From: an uncultured Desulfurococcales archaeon
Lineage (GTDB): Archaea > Thermoproteota > Thermoprotei_A > Sulfolobales > WANQ01
Assembly: GCA_964467535.1 (NCBI GenBank)
Contig: CAYXRT010000008.1
Location: 3,932 to 67,931, forward strand
DNA length: 64,000 nucleotides
Direction: 5' to 3'
Shown: piece by piece, positions 46,122 to 54,100 of the stretch
How positions within the stretch are numbered: the first letter of the stretch is position 1
Layout of the letters: each line of letters opens with the position of its first letter
The notes under the pieces: model-generated
The model's database searches: none
What the model saw: the letters and a program-made list of their open reading frames with translations, nothing else
Told to the model about the DNA's origin: nothing
Made by a program: the position numbers and the translations under genes

Positions 46122-46607
46122 TTGGATCCCACATCTATGATATTAATAGCCTTAGTATTATGGATTATAATTTTGACGATGATAGTCTTCGCATTATCAA
46201 GGAAGGTAAACACATTAGCTAGAATAATAACATATACCCCAAGAATTTATGAAAAAATATTAAAAATAAAATCTTTAAAAAAGAAACCTAGAAGGCGATA
46301 CATAGTCTTTGAAATAGTTTCATCGGAGCCCATAACATTCGCAGAATTAGATACATGTATAAAGAGTAATATTCGTGAACTTTTAGGCATCTTAGGTTCG
46401 AGTCAAATTTCATATAAACTAATTGAATATGATGAAAAAACTAAGAGAGGTATAATAAGAACAGACTCTGCTTCTAAAAACACGATAATAGCGGTTATGG
46501 GGTTGAGTAGAGAGATTTCGGGCAAGAGAATACTAATAATACCGCTAAGAATTACAGGTACAGTAAAGAAAGCAAGACAATTAATAAGGTCTACTCGTAC
46601 TAGATAA
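46122..46607 (+). CDS. rnp2: RNase P protein component 2 (Pop5) with an unusual hydrophobic N-terminal extension
   Basis: Core 'RRYIVFEIVSSEPITFAEL...LLGILGSSQISYKLIEYDEKTKRGIIRTD...ITGTVKKARQ' matches Pop5. The start is ambiguous (TTG 46122, ATG 46137 or ATG 46179). Confidence 0.75.
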   Translation: MDPTSMILIALVLWIIILTMIVFALSRKVNTLARIITYTPRIYEKILKIKSLKKKPRRRYIVFEIVSSEPITFAELDTCIKSNIRELLGILGSSQISYKLIEYDEKTKRGIIRTDSASKNTIIAVMGLSREISGKRILIIPLRITGTVKKARQLIRSTRTR

Positions 46608-46618
46608 GTCCAGGATAA

Positions 46619-46686
46619 GATTAGGTGATGATGCCGCTCCAACATGACCACAGGGGATGAAATGCTCGCGACGATCTGATTAAATC
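46619..46686 (+). ncRNA. Candidate C/D-box sRNA
   Basis: C box GTGATGA (46625-31), a 12-nt guide, D' ATGA (46644-47), C' GGGATGA (46654-60), a 15-nt spacer and D box CTGA (46676-79). Flanking GATT.../...AATC could form a terminal stem. It is a locally GC-rich intergenic island. Confidence 0.55.
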
Positions 46687-46822
46687 ATCTATATTTCTTA
46701 GTGAAGATAGACCTATAACAGATCATAATACAAGACGAACCACTAACATAAAACTAGGAATCACTCTAAGCCGGAGGAGGAAGTAGGAAATATTATTAGA
46801 TATTAATTAAATTTTCGTCATT

Positions 46823-46838
46823 CCCTAAAATTTTAGGG
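46823..46838. promoter_or_regulatory. Perfect 16-bp palindrome CCCTAAAATTTTAGGG (TATA-like core) upstream of the Cys-rich mini-ORF
   Basis: Read directly from the sequence. It lies 58 nt upstream of ATG 46896. Confidence 0.4.
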
Positions 46839-46895
46839 GTAATGTTATTAAGCTCCACATATGGTTTATGTATATGTGATGCGTGGTGGAACGTA

Positions 46896-47162
46896 ATGTT
46901 CAAACACTGTCCTGGTATTAAAAGCCTAATATATCCTAAAATAATAATTAGAGAATGTCCCTTCTGCGGTGAAGAAGTAGAGTTCTTAGAATATGAAAAA
47001 CAACAAAAATGTCCTAGATGCGGTAGAATCGTATACAGAGAAGCATCAGAGGCATGTGTAGCTTGGTGTCCTTATGCTCTCAAGTGCATTAACGATCTAG
47101 AAAGCAAAGGCTTAATTAGCAAGAGTAGAGCTAAAGAATTAAGAAGTATAATTAGACGTTAA
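46896..47162 (+). CDS. Small cysteine-rich zinc-ribbon protein, function unknown
   Basis: 89 aa from ATG 46896 (GGTGG SD-like upstream), with eight Cys: 'HCPG', 'CPFCG...CPRCG' and 'CVAWCPYALKC'. The ORF-track N-terminal extension (46842-46895) is probably untranslated. Confidence 0.55.
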   Translation: MFKHCPGIKSLIYPKIIIRECPFCGEEVEFLEYEKQQKCPRCGRIVYREASEACVAWCPYALKCINDLESKGLISKSRAKELRSIIRR

Positions 47163-47246
47163 GATAAAGATATTTAATCTCTCATGATTTTATCGAAGAA
47201 ACCATAGTATTAGCTAAAAAGCCCTTAAAGTAGCCCACGTAGTAAA

Positions 47247-47310
47247 TCTGGGGATGAAGAGTTCCCCGACTTTGCAGAGGTAGATGAAGAGGGGACTACC
47301 AGCTGACCAA
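47247..47310 (+). ncRNA. Candidate C/D-box sRNA (weaker)
   Basis: C-like GGGATGA (47251-57), a 12-nt spacer, a poor D' (CTTT), C' TAGATGA (47281-87), a 15-nt spacer and D box CTGA (47303-06). It has the same 12/15 architecture as the 46619 candidate and is GC-rich relative to its surroundings. Confidence 0.4.
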
Positions 47311-47399
47311 AGCGTTATTACATCTTGACTATTTATGATTACCAGCTAAGATTTTTAGGGAGAATGTGCTCTCAAGCTTTGACAGAGAGGTGAAACGAT

Positions 47400-48125
47400 A
47401 TGGCATTCGGTCCACCAGCAATGGGTTATGATAGAGCTATAACAATATTCTCACCTGATGGAAGATTGTATCAGGTAGAGTATGCAACTGAAGCAGTTAG
47501 AAGGGGTTGGACTACTATAGGCGTAAGGTCTAAGTCTTGTGTGGTACTAGTTGTCGAAAAAAGGAAAATACATCCTTTTGTTGATCTAGATACACTTGAA
47601 AAAATATATGTCATAGATGATCATATAGGTGCTACATTTGCAGGTTGGGCATCCGATGGAAGAGTGCTAATTGATTATGCTAGACTATATGCTATTAGAC
47701 ATAGACTGCTCTATGATGAACCTATTAGTATCGAATACCTTGCAAAACTCATTGGAGACATAAAGCAGGCATATACACAGCATGCTGGTGTAAGACCTTT
47801 CGGAACATCACTAATTATAGGGGGTATCGACGATAAAGGTCCAAGACTATTCGCTACAGAACCTGGAGGACAAGTATTTCCATACTACTCATATGCTATA
47901 GGCTCAGGAATGCAAGCTGCTCTTGAATTTTTCGAAAAGAACTATAAGTATGACTTAGATATCAAAGATACAATAATGTTGGCTGTTAATGCGCTTGCAA
48001 GTTCCATAGAGGGTAAACTAACATCAGATAGACTTGAAGTAGGATACATCGATATACATGAACGTAGATTTAAGAAGCTATCCAGAGATCAAATAGATGA
48101 AATTCTCAAAAAGATAAAGGCTTAG
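47400..48125 (+). CDS. psmA: Proteasome alpha subunit
   Basis: 241 aa; 'YDRAITIFSPDGRLYQVEYA' hallmark. Confidence 0.95.
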   Translation: MAFGPPAMGYDRAITIFSPDGRLYQVEYATEAVRRGWTTIGVRSKSCVVLVVEKRKIHPFVDLDTLEKIYVIDDHIGATFAGWASDGRVLIDYARLYAIRHRLLYDEPISIEYLAKLIGDIKQAYTQHAGVRPFGTSLIIGGIDDKGPRLFATEPGGQVFPYYSYAIGSGMQAALEFFEKNYKYDLDIKDTIMLAVNALASSIEGKLTSDRLEVGYIDIHERRFKKLSRDQIDEILKKIKA

Positions 48126-48156
48126 CCAAGTAATCCTAAACTATAAAGGGGGTAGT

Positions 48157-48861
48157 ATGTCTAAGAAACATAGACCATACATCATTGCAAGACTAGAAAC
48201 ACATGGACATAGATTTGAAGTATTAGTAGATCCCGACTTAGCTTTCCAATTAAAGGAGGGAAAGAAGGTAAATGTAGATGAGCTACTAGTTGGTGATTAC
48301 ATATACAAGGATGCTAGGAAGGGCTTAAAAGCATCACCTGAAGTGCTTCAAAAGGTATTTGGTACAACTGACCCTAAGAAGATAGCTGTTGAGATAGTAA
48401 AGAGAGGTGAAGTGCAATTAACAGCTGAACAAAGAAAGGCATTAATTGAAGCTAAAAAGAGGAAAATTATAGCATTTATAGCTCGTAATGCCATAGACCC
48501 TAGAACAAAAAGTCCAATACCACCTATGAGGATAGAAATAGCTATGGAGCAAGCGAAAGTAGGCATTGATCCATTTAAGGATGTCGAGCGACAAGCATTA
48601 GAGGTAATTAGAGCAATAAGTAGAATAATGCCAATTAAATTAGCTCGAGCGCTATTACAAATAAGAGTTCCACCTGAATTTGCAGGTAAAGCTTATTCCC
48701 ACATAATTAAAATGGGTGAAGTTAAGAAGAGTGAGTGGAAGAGTGATGGAAGTCTTCTTGTAGAATTAGAAATACCTGCAGGTATGCAAAGCGAAGTAAT
48801 AGACAAGCTTAACTCAATAACTAGAGGTCATGTAGAAGTCAAAGTCCTCCACATAGCCTAG
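48157..48861 (+). CDS. sdo1: SBDS-family ribosome maturation protein (Sdo1)
   Basis: 234 aa; 'IARLETHGHRFEVLVDPD' and 'DARKGLKAS'; conserved superoperon position. Confidence 0.9.
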   Translation: MSKKHRPYIIARLETHGHRFEVLVDPDLAFQLKEGKKVNVDELLVGDYIYKDARKGLKASPEVLQKVFGTTDPKKIAVEIVKRGEVQLTAEQRKALIEAKKRKIIAFIARNAIDPRTKSPIPPMRIEIAMEQAKVGIDPFKDVERQALEVIRAISRIMPIKLARALLQIRVPPEFAGKAYSHIIKMGEVKKSEWKSDGSLLVELEIPAGMQSEVIDKLNSITRGHVEVKVLHIA

Positions 48862-48893
48862 CTACATCAACGTTAGTTAATTAGGTGTAGATT

Positions 48894-49604
48894 ATGTCTA
48901 AAATCCATGTAAAAAATAGAGAGCTCGTACTGCCAGGAGACCTACTTGCAGAAGGAGATATTGAAGTTACAAGTCTCTTAATATATAAGTATGGCTCAAA
49001 ATACTACTCAACAATAATAGGGCTAGTAAATGTGGAAAATGAAAATAAGGTAGGTATAATACCACTAGAAGGACCTTATATACCAAAAATAGGCGATGTA
49101 GTTATTGGACTAATAGTAGATCTAGGTATAACCAACTGGCTCGTAGATATAAGAGCACCATACATAGCTATATTAAATGCAAGTGATGCTTTAAATAAGC
49201 CTTTCAACCCTATACAAGATGATCTTCGTAATTATTACGATGTAGGTGACTACATAGTAGCCAAAGTACAATCATTTGATAGAGTTCATAACCCAACGCT
49301 TACAACTAAAGGTAAAGGTCTAGGAAAAATAACTTCAGGTAAAGTCATTGAAATAAAACCATCAAGAACTCCAAGAGTAATAGGTAAAAGAAAGTCTATG
49401 TTAAATGTATTAACGAGTGAAACGGAGTGTGAAGTAGTCGTGGGAGCTAATGGAAGAATATGGGTTCATTGCCCAAATGAGGATCTAGAGGAAATACTTA
49501 TATTAGCTATCAAGAGGATAGAACAAGAAGCACATACTACAGGGCTAACAGATAAAATTCGGGAATTCATTGAAGAGGAGAAGATGAAGAGAGGTCTAAA
49601 GTAA
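48894..49604 (+). CDS. rrp4: Exosome complex RNA-binding protein Rrp4 (S1 + KH)
   Basis: 236 aa; 'VLPGDLLA' and an S1 fold, '[23 protein letters not shown]', plus a KH-like C-terminus. Confidence 0.9.
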   Translation: MSKIHVKNRELVLPGDLLAEGDIEVTSLLIYKYGSKYYSTIIGLVNVENENKVGIIPLEGPYIPKIGDVVIGLIVDLGITNWLVDIRAPYIAILNASDALNKPFNPIQDDLRNYYDVGDYIVAKVQSFDRVHNPTLTTKGKGLGKITSGKVIEIKPSRTPRVIGKRKSMLNVLTSETECEVVVGANGRIWVHCPNEDLEEILILAIKRIEQEAHTTGLTDKIREFIEEEKMKRGLK

Positions 49605-50332
49605 TGGGTGAAAAACCTAAACTCATAGATGAAAATGGATTAAGACGTGATGGTAGAAGACCCGATCAGCTTAGACCAATAAAAATTGAAATAGGGGTAT
49701 TAAGTAATGCTAATGGGTCTGCCATAGTTGAATACGGAAATACTAAGGTTATAGCAGCAGTCTATGGACCACGAGAACTACATCCAAGACACTTAGCGCT
49801 TCCTGATAGGGCAGTGATAAGATGTAGATACCATATGGCCCCCTTTTCAACCGAGGATAGAAAAAGTCCAGCTCCCTCTAGAAGAGAAATAGAGCTATCT
49901 AAAGTTATTAGAGAAGCTGTTGAACCAGCAGTTTTTACGGAATTATATCCTAGAGCAACTATAGACATATTCATTGAGGTCCTACAAGCAGATGGAGGTA
50001 CTAGGACAGCTGGTGTTACAGCAGCAGCATTAGCATTAGCAGATGCAGGTATACCTATGAGAGATCTTGTCGCAGCTGTTGCAGTAGGTAAAGTTAACGG
50101 AGTCATAGTGCTAGACATTGATGAACTTGAGGATAAATATGGAGAAGCCGACATGCCTGTAGCAATGATGCCAGCATTCAATGAAATCACGCTCCTACAA
50201 CTAAATGGCGTATTAACACCTGATGAATTCAAAAAAGCCCTGGATTTAGCAACTAAAGGTATACGAGAAATATATAAACTACAAAGAGAAGCATTAAAGA
50301 AGAAATATATCGAAGTAAAGGTTGAAGAGTGA
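49604..50332 (+). CDS. rrp41: Exosome complex exonuclease Rrp41 (RNase PH domain)
   Basis: 242 aa; '[13 protein letters not shown]', '[12 protein letters not shown]' and '[27 protein letters not shown]'. Confidence 0.95.
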   Translation: MGEKPKLIDENGLRRDGRRPDQLRPIKIEIGVLSNANGSAIVEYGNTKVIAAVYGPRELHPRHLALPDRAVIRCRYHMAPFSTEDRKSPAPSRREIELSKVIREAVEPAVFTELYPRATIDIFIEVLQADGGTRTAGVTAAALALADAGIPMRDLVAAVAVGKVNGVIVLDIDELEDKYGEADMPVAMMPAFNEITLLQLNGVLTPDEFKKALDLATKGIREIYKLQREALKKKYIEVKVEE

Positions 50333-50338
50333 TAAACC

Positions 50339-51172
50339 ATGTCCATGACCCCATCAAACTTACCCATAATACCTAAAATCAAGAGAGATACACTAATAAC
50401 ATTATTATCGAGAAATACAAGAATTGATGGTAGAAAACTACATGACTTTAGGCCAATAAAGATTGAACTGAATTACATACCTAAGGCAGAGGGTTCAGCA
50501 CTAGTAAGACTAGGTAACACAGTTGTCCTTGTTGGAATCAAATGTGAAATAGGGACACCATTCCTAGATACACCAAATGAAGGAGTACTAACTGTTCATG
50601 CCGAGTTTGTTCCATTAGCTTCACCAACATTTGAACCAGGACCACCAGATGAAAATGCTATTGAACTAGCTAGGGTAATTGATAGAAGTCTAAGAGAGCT
50701 TAAAGTAATAGACCTCAGTAAATTAGCTATCATACCAGGAAAGAAAGTATGGATAACATGGGTAGACATATACATCCTGAACCATGACGGTAATCTCATA
50801 GATGCAAGCATGCTTGCATCTATGGCAGCATTACTAATCACTAAAATGCCGAAGGTGGTAATTGAAGGAGAAGAAGTAAAGATTATTAGAGATCAAAAGG
50901 AAGAACCATTACCTATAACCAATAGGGTGGTAACTGTCTCTGTAGGTAAAATAGGAGATTTCATGATAATAGATCCTACAGCTGAGGAAGAGCAGCTACT
51001 TGATGTAAAGCTTGTAATATCCGTTTCCAGGGATGGAAAAATAGCAGGAATGCAATTAACAGGCCTAGGATCACTTAAGATCGAGGAAGTTCATAAGGCT
51101 ATTGAACTAGCATTAGATAAGGCCATGGATTTACATAAAGTTCTTGAAGAAGTTATACCTCCTAGTAAGTAA
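50339..51172 (+). CDS. rrp42: Exosome complex component Rrp42 (RNase PH-like)
   Basis: 277 aa; 'RIDGRKLHDFRPI' and 'GSALVRLGNTVV'. Confidence 0.95.
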   Translation: MSMTPSNLPIIPKIKRDTLITLLSRNTRIDGRKLHDFRPIKIELNYIPKAEGSALVRLGNTVVLVGIKCEIGTPFLDTPNEGVLTVHAEFVPLASPTFEPGPPDENAIELARVIDRSLRELKVIDLSKLAIIPGKKVWITWVDIYILNHDGNLIDASMLASMAALLITKMPKVVIEGEEVKIIRDQKEEPLPITNRVVTVSVGKIGDFMIIDPTAEEEQLLDVKLVISVSRDGKIAGMQLTGLGSLKIEEVHKAIELALDKAMDLHKVLEEVIPPSK

Positions 51173-51215
51173 GCTTTAAAAGCAATATGTACTTGACTTT
51201 TAACAGTAGGGTGAT

Positions 51216-51488
51216 ATGAGGATGGGTAAGAGAACAAAGGTTGTGGGGATTGCTGGAAGATATGGTCCCAGATACGGGGCTACACTTAGGAAAAAAGTTA
51301 GAGAGATATTAGAAAAAAGATATAGTCCACATACCTGTCCGTTCTGTCAAGTGAAAGGCAAAGTTGTTAGGATAAGTGTAGGATTATGGAAATGTAGGAA
51401 GTGCGGTGCAGTATGGGCAGGAGGGGCATATATTCCACAAACAGATCTTAATAAGTACTTTCCACGATTCATTATAAGAACAAAATAA
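51216..51488 (+). CDS. rpl37ae: Ribosomal protein L37Ae (eL43)
   Basis: 90 aa; 'GIAGRYGPRYGATLRK' and Zn ribbon 'CPFC...CRKCG'. Confidence 0.95.
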   Translation: MRMGKRTKVVGIAGRYGPRYGATLRKKVREILEKRYSPHTCPFCQVKGKVVRISVGLWKCRKCGAVWAGGAYIPQTDLNKYFPRFIIRTK

Positions 51489-51489
51489 G

Positions 51490-52074
51490 ATGACTTACCT
51501 TTTAACTACCTCACATAAACCCTCACATAGACTTAGAAGTTTTTTAAAAGATCTTTCATCAGTTTTACCAGGCTCAATTCATATTAATAGGGGAAAAAGA
51601 ACTCTCGAGGATTTACTATATGATGCTATAGATGTTAAAGCAGATAGACTAATCATCGTAGGGGAAAGAAAGGGTAATCCAGGAAAAATACTTGTATTTA
51701 GAGTAGACCTTGAACGTGAAGAGCTTAAAAAGATGGCTCTCTTTATACTTCTTGGAGTCAAATTATCGAGAGAAACACCTGATGCTATAAGAGTTTACAA
51801 TCCACAATCTATTGCTCTATCTATTACGATGTTAAGAAATGAATATGAAGAAGAATTAGCTGAAGTATTATCGAGATCATTTAAGATAAAGCTATTATAT
51901 GAAGTAATCGAGGAATTAGAGGAAAAACCAGACATATTGGTAAGGGTAAAGTATATTATTAAAGAGAAATACTTTATACTTAACTTCTATAACCCCTCAA
52001 CAGGTAAGATTACAGGACCAACATTAAAGATAAGTAAGGTTATAGACTATGAAAGAACTAAAAGCATACCTTAA
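51490..52074 (+). CDS. Brix-domain ribosome biogenesis protein (Imp4-like)
   Basis: 194 aa; 'LLTTSHKPSHRLRSFLKDL' and 'RGKRTLEDL'; conserved position after rpl37ae. Confidence 0.8.
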   Translation: MTYLLTTSHKPSHRLRSFLKDLSSVLPGSIHINRGKRTLEDLLYDAIDVKADRLIIVGERKGNPGKILVFRVDLEREELKKMALFILLGVKLSRETPDAIRVYNPQSIALSITMLRNEYEEELAEVLSRSFKIKLLYEVIEELEEKPDILVRVKYIIKEKYFILNFYNPSTGKITGPTLKISKVIDYERTKSIP

Positions 52075-52318
52075 ATTAGAATTGGAGTCAGAAAAAATAG
52101 CTAAAACAATATATCATGCGCTTCTTCCAGAAATAACAAGTCCGCCAAGTGAAGAAAGAGGTATAGCAACAATAAAGTTAGGGAACAACATAGTAGAAGT
52201 ATTAATAACTGCAAAAGATTTAAGTGCCTTAAGGGCATTGGTAAATACTTATCTTTATTGGATAGCAGGAATACTTAAATCCATTAACACGACGTATAGG
52301 GTTAGGGAGAAGAAATGA
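52049..52318 (+). CDS. pcc1: KEOPS subunit Pcc1
   Basis: 89 aa; 'LKLELESEKIAKTIYHALLPE' and 'VLITAKDLSALRALVNTYLYWI' match the Pcc1 pattern; conserved position before prefoldin beta. Confidence 0.8.
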   Translation: MKELKAYLKLELESEKIAKTIYHALLPEITSPPSEERGIATIKLGNNIVEVLITAKDLSALRALVNTYLYWIAGILKSINTTYRVREKK

Positions 52319-52686
52319 CTGAAAGAGTACCGCCCGAATTACAGCAATATGCATTAAAAGCTCAAAGAATTCAAAATCAACTAGCACAGGTAGTTACTGA
52401 AAAATCTACTGTTGAAGCTGAATTAAGAGAGATAAATATAGTATTATCAACATTAGAAAAGCTTTCAGATGATGTAGAGTTATATAAATCAGTAGGTCAC
52501 CTACTAATAAAGACAAAGAAGGAGGATGTAATTAAAGAATTAAATGAACGCAAGGAAATATTAGATCTGAGACTTAAAGCCATACAAAAGCAAGAATCCA
52601 TATTAAGGCAACAACTAAGCGAAGTTCAAAGAAAGCTTAATGAACTATTAGCTAAAAGCTATCAACAACCCGCTAAGCAAGGATAG
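52315..52686 (+). CDS. pfdB: Prefoldin beta subunit
   Basis: 123-aa coiled coil; 'YKSVGHLLIKTKKEDVIKELNERKE'. Confidence 0.9.
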   Translation: MTERVPPELQQYALKAQRIQNQLAQVVTEKSTVEAELREINIVLSTLEKLSDDVELYKSVGHLLIKTKKEDVIKELNERKEILDLRLKAIQKQESILRQQLSEVQRKLNELLAKSYQQPAKQG

Positions 52687-52689
52687 CAT

Positions 52690-53025
52690 ATGAGTAAGTT
52701 TATTAAATTAAACCTAGAACTAGAGAAATTAACCGACGAATTACTCGAGGAACTAGCTATTAAAGTAGAAGAGACGATAGTAAAACTACTAAGTAAAAGA
52801 CTAGGAAGAAGAATAGATGACTTCAATATAATAGTAAATATTGAAAAAGAGGATATAGTGACATTAACTATATCACTTGAAGTTACTGGCAGAAGTCGAG
52901 GAAGGATTAATTATGAAACAGTTGTTGAAGAAGCACTTAATACTGCATACAAACTATTTGAAAAGGAGTTGAGGAGGTTTGTTAAAGGAAGCTCTAAAGC
53001 TGAAAGAAGTAATAAGCAACATTAA
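52690..53025 (+). CDS. Hypothetical small conserved-position protein
   Basis: 111-aa ORF 3 nt after pfdB, with charged helices around a beta segment, 'IVTLTISLEVTG'. No motif I can name. Confidence 0.45.
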   Translation: MSKFIKLNLELEKLTDELLEELAIKVEETIVKLLSKRLGRRIDDFNIIVNIEKEDIVTLTISLEVTGRSRGRINYETVVEEALNTAYKLFEKELRRFVKGSSKAERSNKQH

Positions 53026-54004
53026 TAATATAGCTTTAACAACGCATAAGAACGCTGATCCAGATGCTATCGCTTCAATTGTAGCTTTCTCAGAACTTGC
53101 AAGAAAACTATCCCCTCAGATAAGTATTGAAATAATGTTGCCCGAAGGATTAAGTGCTCTATCTAAGAAGCTACTTCAGACATTCAATATAGATCTTAAG
53201 TTGAAAAAGGAGTTTACAAGCGATATAATTGTTATTGTTGATACTTCTTCTTCATACCAGTTAGGATCGCTGAGAGATAGTGTGTTAAAGAAGAAAATAA
53301 TACTCATAGACCATCATAGTGCGGGGGATCTTGCTACTCAAGCATTTCTATCAATAATTAATTCAAAGATTTCTTCAACATCTGAAATTATTTATAAAAT
53401 CGCTAGATTGTTGGGAATAGACTTTGATGTTTCTACACTTAATATAATATTAGCAGGAATAGTTTATGATACTAGACACTTCATATTAGCAAACCCAGAA
53501 ACGTTAATGAATGCTGCAGAGATAATGATGATGGGAGCTGATTACAGGAAGGTTTTAGATAGCATGCACATTTCCCCATCGATATCTGAAAAAATAGCTA
53601 AAATAAAGGCAGCTATGCGTATAAATGCATATAGGCTTAAGGATTTCATAATTGTGCTTACGAGAATCGGAGCTTTTGAGTCAAGTATTGCAAGGATGCT
53701 AATAGATATAGGTGCTGATGTAGCTCTTGTAGTATGTACACGAAAACATGAAACAAGACTTATAGCAAGAGCTTCTCAATCGTTTAGGGAGGTTACGGGC
53801 ATTCACTTAGGCAAAGATATTTTAGAACCTTTGAAGAACTACTTTCCGCGTGGAAGTGGAGGAGGCCATGACCTAGCTGGAGGATTTACTGGAGTCGTTG
53901 ACCCAGACTTGCTCATAAGTACAGCCCTTAAATTACTAATGGATAAATTAATTGAAAAGGGTATTATATCCCCGTCGGACATTGAGAAAATAACCCTAGA
54001 TTAA
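52979..54004 (+). CDS. DHH/DHHA1 phosphoesterase (NrnA-like nanoRNase / pAp phosphatase type)
   Basis: 341 aa with intact motifs 'HKNADPDAIAS', 'VDTSS', 'IDHH', 'DTRHF' and 'GGGHDLAGG'. Confidence 0.85.
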   Translation: MLKEALKLKEVISNINNIALTTHKNADPDAIASIVAFSELARKLSPQISIEIMLPEGLSALSKKLLQTFNIDLKLKKEFTSDIIVIVDTSSSYQLGSLRDSVLKKKIILIDHHSAGDLATQAFLSIINSKISSTSEIIYKIARLLGIDFDVSTLNIILAGIVYDTRHFILANPETLMNAAEIMMMGADYRKVLDSMHISPSISEKIAKIKAAMRINAYRLKDFIIVLTRIGAFESSIARMLIDIGADVALVVCTRKHETRLIARASQSFREVTGIHLGKDILEPLKNYFPRGSGGGHDLAGGFTGVVDPDLLISTALKLLMDKLIEKGIISPSDIEKITLD

Positions 54005-54100
54005 ACCATAGCTAATCATAGGTAGACAAATAGTTTTAAAACTCCTATCCTAAAAAAGTGTAATTAGTCTAAGATTAACGTATAATGTGGTGCGTACGTC

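Noticed and set aside
46842-46895. N-terminal 18 codons of the ORF-track call for the Cys-rich protein ('MLLSSTYGLCICDAWWNV').
   Set aside because: The ATG at 46842 sits 3 nt after the palindromic promoter-like element, leaving no room for initiation signals. ATG 46896 has an SD-like GGTGG upstream and begins the conserved-looking HCPG segment.
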